A DNA stretch of 64,000 nucleotides, from assembly GCA_017517385.1 (NCBI GenBank), contig JAFWZG010000039.1, positions 6,153 through 70,152 of the forward strand, written 5' to 3'. Positions 55,193 through 64,000 of the stretch are shown piece by piece. A model generated the notes under the pieces. That model searched no databases. It was not told the DNA's origin and saw only the letters and a list, made by a program, of their open reading frames with translations. The first letter of the stretch is position 1. Each line of letters starts with the position of its first letter. The position numbers and the translations under genes were made by a program. The DNA is from Akkermansia sp. (GTDB lineage: Bacteria > Verrucomicrobiota > Verrucomicrobiia > Verrucomicrobiales > Akkermansiaceae).

Positions 55193-55735
55193 ATGAAAGA
55201 CCTTAAAGGCACCAAGACTGAGGCAAATCTGGCCGCCGCTTTTGCCGGCGAATCCCAGGCTCACACGAAGTATCTGTACTACGCATCCCGCGCAAAGAAG
55301 GATGGCTACGTGCAGATTGCCAAGATTTTTGAGGAGACTGCACACAATGAGAAGGAGCACGCCAAGCTGTGGTTCAAGTACCTGCATGGCGGCAGCGTGC
55401 CTAACACCATGACCAATCTTGCCGATGCCGCATCCGGCGAAAACTATGAGTGGACGGACATGTACAAGACCTTTGCCGAGGAAGCTCGCGCCGAAGGTTT
55501 TGACGAAATCGCCGAGAAGATGGAGGGTGTGGCCATCATCGAAAAGCAGCACGAGGAACGCTATCGCAAGCTGCTGGCAAACATCGAGGAAGGCATCGTC
55601 TTCTCCCGCGAGGGTGACACCATCTGGCAGTGCGCCAACTGCGGCCACATCTGCATCGGCAAGAAGGCGCCCGAGGTATGCCCTGTGTGTGACCACCCGC
55701 AGGCACACTTCGCTATTCTGGCTCAGAATTACTAA
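55193..55735 (+). CDS. rbr: Rubrerythrin
   Basis: [19 protein letters not shown], diiron ExxH motifs, C-terminal CANC...CPVC rubredoxin-like domain. Confidence 0.96.
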   Translation: MKDLKGTKTEANLAAAFAGESQAHTKYLYYASRAKKDGYVQIAKIFEETAHNEKEHAKLWFKYLHGGSVPNTMTNLADAASGENYEWTDMYKTFAEEARAEGFDEIAEKMEGVAIIEKQHEERYRKLLANIEEGIVFSREGDTIWQCANCGHICIGKKAPEVCPVCDHPQAHFAILAQNY

Positions 55736-55758
55736 AATCAGGCTAACCAACTTAACAC

Positions 55759-55787
55759 AGCGCGCAGGCTCAGCCCTGCGCGCTTTT
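55759..55787 (+). terminator. Hairpin or terminator after rubrerythrin
   Basis: AGCGCGCAGG/CCTGCGCGCT stem followed by a short T tract. Confidence 0.6.
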
Positions 55788-55803
55788 CCCATACACCACG
55801 CAC

Positions 55804-56565
55804 ATGTTCTGGAAAGCGAATAAGGGAGCAGCCATTGTACTGCTGATAGGGATGATTGCGGCGTTTGCCGCCTACTTCATCATCGGCAGTGGGCCCCAAG
55901 GTGATATAGACCTTGCGAAAAAAGTACTCTCCACAGCCATTTGCGTGGTCCTATTTGTCGCCGCACTCCTGTCATTCATTCTGTCCAAGAGCGGACCCAC
56001 TCTTGAGATTGTGGACGAACTGACAGAGCAGCACTTCGAACAAATGGCGGCGCTCGAAGCCCAGTACTACGGAGAAGACTGCATCACCCCGGCTGCGGAA
56101 GCCTACCGCTGGTACAAGCGCTACCCCGGCACCACTATCGCCGCCGCCATTGGAGGAAAGATAGTCGCGTTCGTGAATCTTTTCCCGGTAAAAGAGCCCA
56201 TATACAAAGCACTTCGCGAAGGCAGTTTCAACGATCATACTCTCACCCTCGAAGGGCTTGCTGACCCATTTGATGAGAGCGAGGAGCCGCTGCACATGTT
56301 CCTGTGCTGTGTACTCACCGAGCCGGCCTATCGCGGGCTGGGACTCACCCGCCACCTGATCTCCCTAGCAGTAGAGCAATACGAGCCCGTCAAATCCCGC
56401 TGCCGCCGCATCATCACGGATAATGTCACCCCTGAGGGAGCAGAGTTTTCCCGCCGCTACGGTTTCGAACAGGTGCAGACCAGCAAACACGATTCCCTCA
56501 TCTTTGAGCAGGACTACGCCGCCTTCGCCGCCAAAGTGCTCGGTACCGAACAACAGGCTCAATAA
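55804..56565 (+). CDS. Membrane-anchored GNAT-family acetyltransferase
   Basis: Two N-terminal TM helices. Acetyl-CoA motif VLTEPAYRGLGLTRHL. Confidence 0.65.
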   Translation: MFWKANKGAAIVLLIGMIAAFAAYFIIGSGPQGDIDLAKKVLSTAICVVLFVAALLSFILSKSGPTLEIVDELTEQHFEQMAALEAQYYGEDCITPAAEAYRWYKRYPGTTIAAAIGGKIVAFVNLFPVKEPIYKALREGSFNDHTLTLEGLADPFDESEEPLHMFLCCVLTEPAYRGLGLTRHLISLAVEQYEPVKSRCRRIITDNVTPEGAEFSRRYGFEQVQTSKHDSLIFEQDYAAFAAKVLGTEQQAQ

Positions 56566-57095
56566 TCCCGCACCCGTGTCAACACAAGGTGGCCATCGCG
56601 CACCTGCACGGAAAGCTCACGCCTTAACCGAGTAAGTTCCATCATGAGGGCCTCACGGTACGGTTCAGAGGCTTTATCAGGGCTACGTGTGGCCGCCTCC
56701 CACAAAGTATAAGCAGAATACAATTCTGCATATACCCCGCCACACGAGAAAACTGGATAACCGAGCACCCAAGGAAAGCTCTCTGCCTCACCATGGCGAA
56801 TCTCGTACAACAACCACAGCTGCCCGGCTAACTCAGCGTCCGGCAGTTCTACGCCCAGCGCCATGCACAAACGGCGCATAGCGTCCTCAAACTCACAGTA
56901 CGAAGTTCGCTCTACACTGCCCATCCAAGGAGCGAGCTCCAATAGGGCGGCGTCCAGCTCTTCTCCGAGGTTATCCGCCAAGCAAGCCTCAGCCCAGTGG
57001 ATACAATAGCTGTAATCCGAATGATGAAGGAAGGAAAAAAATAGCTCTGCCCCTTCTCGTCGGAGTAATTTTTCTATCACTTTATTCATCTGCAA
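56559..57095 (-). CDS. Hypothetical protein
   Basis: 178-aa ORF overlapping the start region downstream of the YbjQ-like gene. No motif recognised. Confidence 0.55.
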   Translation of the reverse strand: MQMNKVIEKLLRREGAELFFSFLHHSDYSYCIHWAEACLADNLGEELDAALLELAPWMGSVERTSYCEFEDAMRRLCMALGVELPDAELAGQLWLLYEIRHGEAESFPWVLGYPVFSCGGVYAELYSAYTLWEAATRSPDKASEPYREALMMELTRLRRELSVQVRDGHLVLTRVRDY

Positions 57096-57471
57096 GTTTC
57101 ACAGCCGTACCGTACGCGCATACTTCAGCCACGCCCGCCCCGATATCAGAAGTCGTCAAGCGTATGCCAACCACGGCATTTGCCCTAACCGCAACGGCCT
57201 GCTGCATCAGCCTGCTCAGTGCCGTCTGACGCGCAGTCTGCAGCAGTGCATTATAATCCGGCACATCACCTCCGCCCAGTAGCTGCCCCAGCCCGGCTGT
57301 CAGCCCTTTGGAAATCCCCAGCACCTGAGCACTACTGCCCATGACTAGGCCGATTGTCTTGGTAATCTCACGCCCGGGGACGAAATCAGTCGTTACCATC
57401 AGCATGCCACCAATGCCGGTAGGCATGACTACTTTATTTACTTTACGGAGAGTTGTTTTTTTCTCTTGCAT
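57082..57471 (-). CDS. YbjQ/UPF0145 heavy-metal-binding-like protein
   Basis: VTTDFVPGREI..TIGLV.G and ARQTALSRL..QA....ANAVVGIR....EVCAYGTAV motifs. Exact start uncertain. Confidence 0.85.
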   Translation of the reverse strand: MQEKKTTLRKVNKVVMPTGIGGMLMVTTDFVPGREITKTIGLVMGSSAQVLGISKGLTAGLGQLLGGGDVPDYNALLQTARQTALSRLMQQAVAVRANAVVGIRLTTSDIGAGVAEVCAYGTAVKLADE

Positions 57472-57602
57472 GGTAGCACTAAAGTTAACTGAACTCATTC
57501 TACAGAAACGCTACGAACTTGGCAAGAAGAATCCTCCGTGCTGGCTCATTTACGCGCAACAAAACATTGACACCACACGCCTTATCTGCTAGGCTCTCAT
57601 AC

Positions 57603-58061
57603 ATGAACACACTCACTGCCGATGAACAGGCCCGTGTACATGCCATCCTGCGCCCGCAGGAGGAGCTGCTGTGGGTCGGCAAGCCCCTATCCACGGCCCC
57701 GACAGCAGTTACCGTGCAACCGGAAGGCTTTATGGCAAAGCTGAAAGTACTTTTCGGTAGCCGTCCTCACCCCGCACCCGCCGCGGCAGCAGTCCCGCTT
57801 TACCTGCTCACGGCCAAACGCGCCGTGGTACTCCTCACCACCGGAGAGCTGCAAGAATGGCCTCTGATGCTCGGCATGATTCAAAAGGTAAACGAAGAGG
57901 CGGATGGCAGCGGCGATGTCATCTTCGATCACGATTACGATGAGCGCACCGAAACCCGCACGCCGCGAGGCTTCCTGCGCGTGGCAGATGTAGACCGCGT
58001 GCGCATGCTCGTCAGCTCCGCGGCAGACGCCGCCTACAACGCGTCCCCTTGGTCCGTATGA
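57603..58061 (+). CDS. Hypothetical protein, bacterial PH-domain-like
   Basis: L.PQEELLWVGKP, YLLTAKR, GSGDVIF and GFLRVADV pattern. Start reassigned to MNTLTAD. Confidence 0.55.
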   Translation: MNTLTADEQARVHAILRPQEELLWVGKPLSTAPTAVTVQPEGFMAKLKVLFGSRPHPAPAAAAVPLYLLTAKRAVVLLTTGELQEWPLMLGMIQKVNEEADGSGDVIFDHDYDERTETRTPRGFLRVADVDRVRMLVSSAADAAYNASPWSV

Positions 58062-58084
58062 TACCCTAATTCACTGCTCCGGCC

Positions 58085-60283
58085 ATGGCTATACGACACC
58101 TGCTCCTTCTACCGCTTCTTTTCATCAGTATGAGCCCGGCTCAGCCGGTTGCTCAGCCAATGGCAGAGCTGCAGGCTCACCCCTTTTTCCGCACGGAACA
58201 GTACCCACGCTGGTCACAGATGACACCGCAGCGAGCTCTGCGTGATGTGCACGCAGCCCTTGCAGAAGCGGCGCGTAAGCAAGCGGCCATCGCAGAGCTG
58301 CAGCCGCACGAAATGACCTTTGAAAACACCTTTCTGGCCTGCTATGAATCTGATGAAAACCTGCGCCAAGTACAGAGTTTTCTCTATCACATCTCGAACA
58401 TAGCAAGCCACCCCACATGGCAGCGTGTCATGAACGCCATGGGAAACGCCATTGCGGAGCATGAAAAAAGCCGCCCGAATCCTGCGCAGATATGGGCCGT
58501 GTTACAACAAGCGGCAGCAGCGCCCTTCATGCAGGAGCAAAGCCCTGCCAGGCAGCGTTTTGCCCGGCGTATTCTGGATGACATGCAGCTCTCCGGAATA
58601 ACGCTTTCCTCGGAGCAACGAGCAAGACTGGTTGAAATCGAGCAGGAACTCAAGCAACTTGGCTACGTCTTCAATTCCTACGCCGCTCAGGGGGCCTCAC
58701 GCTGGCAGCTTCTCATTACAAATCAGAGCGAGTTACACGGCATGCCAGCACAATGGATGCAGCAGGCCTCCGCAGCTGCCATAGCACAAGGCAGCGCATC
58801 CGCCGAAAATCCGGCGTGGTTAGTGACAGAGCAGAGCGCACATCAGGTACTGAGCCTCTGCACAGTGGAAGAAACACGCCGCAAGTGTTGGATTGGCGTC
58901 CACTCAGCCGGCACCATGCATGCCATGGCGGACAACGAGCCCATCATCGCGCGCATCATGGAATTGCGGCAGGAAAAAGCTAACCTGCTCGGCTTCAGGA
59001 ACTATGCCGACCTGCAGACCCGAACCCGAATGATGGGAAATGCGGAGGCCGCTCTGGCCTTTGTGAATGACATGCTGGCACACAGCAAGCCTGCGTGGGA
59101 CGCCTATGTGGCAGAAAAACTCGAGCGCCACTCCCGACTGTACGGCAGACCGCTGCAACAGATTAATCCTTGGGATGAAGCATATTATGACAATATGCTG
59201 CCGGGACGCGCTCCGGCATTCCATGCAGCGGCCCTCACCCCATACCTACAGGCGGACCGCGTACTGGATGGCTTAATGAACCTCTGGGCCGGCATGCTCG
59301 GCATACGCTTTCAGGAACTGCCCACGGCTTGCGTGGCCAGAGGAGCAGCTTACCCGGAGAGGCACGTGGAAGTATGGCATCCGCAGGTACGCGCGTTTGC
59401 CGTATATGATGCTGAGAGCGGAGGCCACTTAGGTAGTTTCTATCTGGATTTATACCCGCGCCGGAATAAACGGAGCCAGGCATGGTGCATGCCCCTGCGC
59501 TTCGGCAATCCGGCCCCGGGCGGCGGCGTAGGCACCCCGCACCTCGCATGCCTGTGTGCCAACCTCACCCCACCACCGAGGCAAGAGGGGCACCCGCACT
59601 TATTCACGCACAATGATTTATACACACTATTCCACGAGTTCGGGCATCTGATGCACATCATGCTGGCACATGGCGAACTTCGCGCACATCATGCCATGAG
59701 CGTGGAGCGAGATTTCGTGGAGTTTCCTAGCCATTTGATGGAAACGTGGATTTGGAGCCCGGAAGTCCTCCGCACCTTTGCCTGCCACTTTGAAACCGGA
59801 GACCCCATGCCCGCCCATCTCGCAGACATGCTGGCAGCTGGTCTGAATCATCTTCCCATCCAGCAGCACATCTACATGCTTTGCTCCGCCAAGCTGGATT
59901 TGGAGATGAACATGTACTACGATGAAAAGTTCAAAGGCCGCCCACTGGATGAAGTCTCAGCTGAGATTCTCGCCCCATGGAGCATGCCCTACACCCAGCA
60001 GCCGCCCAGCGTCATGCGCACGATGACTCATTGCATATCGGATGGTTACGCTGCCAACTTGTACACCTACAAGTGGTGCGAAGTCATGGCAGCGGACGCC
60101 TTTGAACGCTTCCGCAGAGAAGGCCTTCTGAACCCCGCTATCGGCGCGGAATATCGCCGCACCATCCTGAACAGAGGCAGCAGCGTCCCTGCAGCCGAAC
60201 TAATTCGTGATTTTCTGGGCCGAGAGCCCACCCCTGAGGCGCTCATGCGCCGATACCAGCCACACACCTCCCCCACGCCATGA
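58085..60283 (+). CDS. M3A oligopeptidase (OpdA/Dcp-like) with signal peptide, copy 1
   Basis: FYLDLYPR, FHEFGHLMH, ERDFVEFPS and YTYKWCEV motifs. N-terminal Sec signal. Confidence 0.92.
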   Translation: MAIRHLLLLPLLFISMSPAQPVAQPMAELQAHPFFRTEQYPRWSQMTPQRALRDVHAALAEAARKQAAIAELQPHEMTFENTFLACYESDENLRQVQSFLYHISNIASHPTWQRVMNAMGNAIAEHEKSRPNPAQIWAVLQQAAAAPFMQEQSPARQRFARRILDDMQLSGITLSSEQRARLVEIEQELKQLGYVFNSYAAQGASRWQLLITNQSELHGMPAQWMQQASAAAIAQGSASAENPAWLVTEQSAHQVLSLCTVEETRRKCWIGVHSAGTMHAMADNEPIIARIMELRQEKANLLGFRNYADLQTRTRMMGNAEAALAFVNDMLAHSKPAWDAYVAEKLERHSRLYGRPLQQINPWDEAYYDNMLPGRAPAFHAAALTPYLQADRVLDGLMNLWAGMLGIRFQELPTACVARGAAYPERHVEVWHPQVRAFAVYDAESGGHLGSFYLDLYPRRNKRSQAWCMPLRFGNPAPGGGVGTPHLACLCANLTPPPRQEGHPHLFTHNDLYTLFHEFGHLMHIMLAHGELRAHHAMSVERDFVEFPSHLMETWIWSPEVLRTFACHFETGDPMPAHLADMLAAGLNHLPIQQHIYMLCSAKLDLEMNMYYDEKFKGRPLDEVSAEILAPWSMPYTQQPPSVMRTMTHCISDGYAANLYTYKWCEVMAADAFERFRREGLLNPAIGAEYRRTILNRGSSVPAAELIRDFLGREPTPEALMRRYQPHTSPTP

Positions 60284-62475
60284 AGACTACTGCTCTTATC
60301 CTCCTTAGTACCCTGCTCGGGTTATCTCCCCTTCTTCCTGCTGAGCAGCCAGCCCCCCAGCAGATAGCCGCAGCAGAAGCACAGCAAACGCCCTTCTTTC
60401 GCACAGCTCTGTACCCCGCATGGTCACGCATGACGCCGCAGCAGGCGCTGCATGACGTCCGAATCGCTATCGCGGAGGCCCGTGAGCGTTACGCCGCTAT
60501 CGCAGCCGTCACTCCGGAAACCGCGACATTCGAAAACACATTCCTCGCTTTGTATGAGGCTGATGAAAACCTCAAGCAAACCATGAACTACGTCTACCAC
60601 CTGCACCTCACCCTAGGGAACAGAGAGATGCAACACATGATGGAGACCTTAATGCAGGAAACAACCGCCTTCCGCGCGGATGGCACGTACACGGCTCGCA
60701 TTGCTGAGGTGCTCAGGAGCGCAGCTTCCGCCCCTTGGGTGCAGGAACTAAGCCCGGCTAAACAGCGCTTCGTGCAGCAGACCATGGCTCAGCTCACCGA
60801 AAGTGGTATCTTCCTCAGCCCGGAACAACAGGCCAGAAAAGCGCAGATTGAACTGGAGCTCACCAAGCTCGGCTTCCGCTTCAGCCAATACGCCAAAGTA
60901 TCCCCGCAAATATGGGAGCTCGTTATCACAGACCCCGATGAACTTAGAGGCATGCCCCAAGGATGGATGAACCGTGCCGCCCAAGAAGCACAGCAGAGAG
61001 GCCTCGCCACCCCTGAGGAACCGGCATGGCTCATCAACCTGACGACCTCACCCGCCAATGCCGTGCTGCAATACTGTAAAGTGCCGGAAACCCGCCGCCG
61101 CTGCTGGCTGGGCATCACCTCAGCTGGCACATCCCGCACACTTGATACGGAGCCCATTATCGCACGCATACTAGAGCTGCGCCACGAGCTGGCCAACCTG
61201 CGGGGGTACAAGAACTTCGCGGATATGGAAGCGGCCCACCGCATGATGGGCAGCGGAGAAGCCGCCCTCGCTTTCATTAATGACCTGCTGGAGCGCAGTA
61301 AGCCCGCGTGGGATGCCTATGTAGCAGCCGAAATGCAGCGTTATTCCCAAGCCTGCGGGCAGGAGCTCAGCGCCGTTAACCCATGGGATACGGCCTACCT
61401 GAACCGCCACATCCCCCCACAGCGTAATCAGTTCGACGTAAGAGCCATCACCCCCTACCTGCAGGAAGAAAAAGTCATTGATGGGCTACTGAACATCTGG
61501 AGTAACCTACTCGGCCTTAAGTTTGAAGAACTCCCCTGCGTCTGCCTCAAGCCGGAGGAAACCTGCCCGGAAGGCAGCGTGGAAGTCTGGCATCCGACTG
61601 TACGCTGCTTCAAGGCAACAGATGCCGAAACCGGCACACACATGGGCAGCTTCTATCTGGATCTCTACAAACGCCCGGGCAAACGCGCCATGGCTTGGTG
61701 CATACCGCTGAGAGACGGCAATCCCGCCGCTGATGGCAGCGTGGGAGAGCCACACTTGGCTGCCCTCATGGCAAACTTCGCGTCGCCCGCCCCCGGCCGC
61801 CGGCAGCTGCTGCACCACGGCGACCTTTACATGCTCTTCCATGAGTTCGGCCACCTGATGCACATGATGCTCGGCCACGGCGAAATCAGGCCTCACTGCA
61901 CCGCTGAAGTGGAGCGAGACTTCGTGGAAATGCCCAGCCACCTGCAGGAAAACTGGATTTGGGAGCCGGAAGCCCTCGCCACCTTTGCCTTCCACCATGA
62001 AACCGGCGAGCCCCTTCCCGCTGAGCTGGCACAGCAGCTGGCAACCTCACGAGGGAGCAACCCCATCGAATCCCACATGCGTATGCTGCTGGCATCCAAG
62101 CTGGATTTAGAGCTCCACATGAACTATATGGAGCGCTACCGAGGTCGCCCCTTGGAGGAGGTAACAAACGAAATTATAGGGCCTTGGTTGTTCCCGTACA
62201 CAGTACAGCCACCGAGTGAACTCCGCACACTTACCCATGTATTCTCGGAGGGGTACGCCGCCTGCCTGTACACCTACAAGTGGTGCGAAGTGCTGGCAGC
62301 GGATGCTTTCAACCGCTTCCGTCAAGAAGGCATTCTGAATCCGGCCACCGGGGCAGCTTATCGCCGCGCCATTCTGAACCGTGGCAGCAGCATACCCGCT
62401 GCGGAGCAAATTCGTGCTTTCCTTGGAAGAGAGCCCTCCCCCGAGGCCCTCATCCGCCAGTATTCGCACCCCTGA
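60280..62475 (+). CDS. M3A oligopeptidase with signal peptide, copy 2
   Basis: FHEFGHLMH, ERDFVEMPS and YTYKWCEV motifs. ATGA overlap with copy 1. Confidence 0.92.
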   Translation: MKTTALILLSTLLGLSPLLPAEQPAPQQIAAAEAQQTPFFRTALYPAWSRMTPQQALHDVRIAIAEARERYAAIAAVTPETATFENTFLALYEADENLKQTMNYVYHLHLTLGNREMQHMMETLMQETTAFRADGTYTARIAEVLRSAASAPWVQELSPAKQRFVQQTMAQLTESGIFLSPEQQARKAQIELELTKLGFRFSQYAKVSPQIWELVITDPDELRGMPQGWMNRAAQEAQQRGLATPEEPAWLINLTTSPANAVLQYCKVPETRRRCWLGITSAGTSRTLDTEPIIARILELRHELANLRGYKNFADMEAAHRMMGSGEAALAFINDLLERSKPAWDAYVAAEMQRYSQACGQELSAVNPWDTAYLNRHIPPQRNQFDVRAITPYLQEEKVIDGLLNIWSNLLGLKFEELPCVCLKPEETCPEGSVEVWHPTVRCFKATDAETGTHMGSFYLDLYKRPGKRAMAWCIPLRDGNPAADGSVGEPHLAALMANFASPAPGRRQLLHHGDLYMLFHEFGHLMHMMLGHGEIRPHCTAEVERDFVEMPSHLQENWIWEPEALATFAFHHETGEPLPAELAQQLATSRGSNPIESHMRMLLASKLDLELHMNYMERYRGRPLEEVTNEIIGPWLFPYTVQPPSELRTLTHVFSEGYAACLYTYKWCEVLAADAFNRFRQEGILNPATGAAYRRAILNRGSSIPAAEQIRAFLGREPSPEALIRQYSHP

Positions 62476-62485
62476 TTCCTGCTGA

Positions 62486-63313
62486 ATGAAAGCCGTTCTG
62501 CGATACACGCTTCTAGTGCCACTCATATTCTACCTGTGCGCAAGCAGCGGCATCCACCTGCTGGAGCATCTGGCGGCTGAACGTGCATGGGCTTCCGCCG
62601 CAGCGCCTTGGCTGGGAGACTCCCCGGAGCGCATGGTATTCCACCCGAATGGGTATGACCATGAGCTTCAGGAATGGCGCCCGGTGTACTTCTCCTTTCC
62701 CGCTTCAGAGGAATGGATACAAACCGCGCTGAGTAATCTCCAGCTCACTCCGGCCGAACTCCCCCGCAAACACTACGCCGAAATTAACAAAGCCATCTCC
62801 CGCGAAGGTGGTACCACCGCCGTCAGACACGTTTACAACCGCAGCGAAAAACTCATCGTCCAAAGTGATCTTCCGGAATATACACTGGACTGCACCCCCT
62901 GGCTCATTCAGCTACGGGATGGCCGCTGCCTGTACCTGGCCGAATACGGAACGCTAGAGCCGGCACGCAGCCCAAGCCCTGCTACATACCCGGATAAAAT
63001 ATACCTCGGCGCCCCCGAATGGCAAAGATATGCCGAAACCGCATTACTGCATGTGCTGCTGATTATCCCAGCCCTCCTGTGCGGAATACCGTATTTACTC
63101 AGCCTGAAAAAGATGAACAGAATCAGCAATCCGAGTACAGCGTACATCTGCCTGCTGCTCCCCCTGCTCACTTGCCTGCTCTGGTATATCATATCCCCCA
63201 CACCGAATGAAGACGGCATATACCTGACCATTCCGGCTTTGATTTTAAACGCACCTATAGCCTTAATGCTCTCCCTTTTAGCCCTAACGAAAAAAAATAA
63301 CGATTATCACTGA
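62486..63313 (+). CDS. Hypothetical membrane protein
   Basis: One N-terminal and three C-terminal hydrophobic segments. 10 bp after the M3 gene. Confidence 0.65.
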   Translation: MKAVLRYTLLVPLIFYLCASSGIHLLEHLAAERAWASAAAPWLGDSPERMVFHPNGYDHELQEWRPVYFSFPASEEWIQTALSNLQLTPAELPRKHYAEINKAISREGGTTAVRHVYNRSEKLIVQSDLPEYTLDCTPWLIQLRDGRCLYLAEYGTLEPARSPSPATYPDKIYLGAPEWQRYAETALLHVLLIIPALLCGIPYLLSLKKMNRISNPSTAYICLLLPLLTCLLWYIISPTPNEDGIYLTIPALILNAPIALMLSLLALTKKNNDYH

Positions 63314-63398
63314 ACAAAGCGGATAGTTTTTGAGTCTACCTTATCAGTAGGCTGTTTCTGATACAATCAGATTTCAGCGATACGCTCACAAAATTCCC

Positions 63399-63427
63399 TT
63401 GACAGCACATGGGAGCGAAGGTATTAT
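63399..63427 (+). promoter_or_regulatory. Near-consensus sigma70 promoter
   Basis: TTGACA, 17 bp, TATTAT. Confidence 0.65.
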
Positions 63428-63481
63428 TACGAATGATCTCTTCCGAGGAGTTATCCTCTTCAATCATTATTATTTTTTCAG

Positions 63482-64000
63482 ATGACACAGCTCGCTTCAA
63501 GCCTCATCCAAGACACTTTCGGAGAAGTCAATGCATGGAAATTGCAAGATGGCTCCGTGAGAGTGAAGGCGTATGTACTAATGCGGCCTATTCTGGAACA
63601 TGCTCAGACAGGGCTAGCGATTAATGGCGCAAGCTCTATGGCTGATATATACGGAGGCCGCAGTGTAAGTGATTTATTCGGTGGCATTATTTCCCCCAAC
63701 TGTGTAGAGACGGTTGCTAGAAGCATGGCTTCATTCCTTGCCGACTTTGACAAAGATAGAAAGACAACCGCCATCTATTTCGGGCTAAACAAAAAAGACA
63801 AAATAGAAGGCGGCTCCGAAGGCTCAGAGATTCAAGAAATCGGAGAGCTTACCCGAAGCGCAGCTGAAACTCATACTTTCGGGCTTCCGGCAAACGCCGG
63901 CCAAACCGCCTGCCTTGCACCGGCCATTCGCTATTTCCTGAATCACTTTGATTCCCGCAGCTGGCTTCTCTGCCTCTTCTTGACGAATGGCAGGATCAGT
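63482..64000 (+). CDS. vWA-like domain protein (partial, runs off the window; absent from the ORF track)
   Basis: Open from ATG 63482: MTQLASSLIQDTFGEVNAWK...AQTGLAINGASSM...TTAIYFG...AIRYF...LCLFLTNGRIS. MIDAS-like positions are substituted. Confidence 0.65.
   Translation, partial: MTQLASSLIQDTFGEVNAWKLQDGSVRVKAYVLMRPILEHAQTGLAINGASSMADIYGGRSVSDLFGGIISPNCVETVARSMASFLADFDKDRKTTAIYFGLNKKDKIEGGSEGSEIQEIGELTRSAAETHTFGLPANAGQTACLAPAIRYFLNHFDSRSWLLCLFLTNGRIS

Noticed and set aside
63409-63624. 71-aa ORF from the track
   Set aside because: It starts inside the predicted promoter and overlaps the better-supported vWA-like frame starting at 63482.
1-64000. CRISPR arrays, tRNA or rRNA genes
   Set aside because: No regularly spaced repeat-spacer pattern, cloverleaf or rRNA signature was found by eye in the intergenic gaps. 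tRNAscan and Infernal were not run.

Overview
64 kb of bacterial chromosome, most likely an Akkermansia-like Verrucomicrobiota (inferred from the MKLHLP-type autotransporter leader, S1_11-like sulfatase, kdsA-lptC-lptA-like-lptB order and codon style). Left part: two lipoproteins, an acyltransferase-3, an internally deleted IS4 element, a 1374-aa autotransporter, a sulfatase and two orphan phage-tail-like genes. At 12.1-23.8 kb is an AT-richer Wzx-type surface polysaccharide locus with a Stealth protein, duplicated pyruvyl-transferase/GT2 genes, an FrhB-like Fe-S protein and an unannotated gene relic. Between aspS and a carboxy(nor)spermidine dehydrogenase lies the most striking element, a 14-kb minus-strand cluster (26.7-40.8 kb). 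It encodes a C39-like cysteine peptidase, two dynamin-like GTPases flanking a GrpE-like protein, two paralogous ~50-aa membrane hairpin proteins (one absent from the ORF track), and four Hsp70 ATPase-domain-only proteins whose substrate-binding domain is replaced by Sel1, ankyrin or transmembrane modules. Two of the four have intact motifs and two are degenerate. The right part is mostly housekeeping (sua5, rnd, nagA, kdsA, lpt, rubrerythrin, two exported M3 peptidases) and ends in a partial vWA-like gene. No tRNA, rRNA or CRISPR array was recognised. All family calls come from motif recognition by eye, not database searches.
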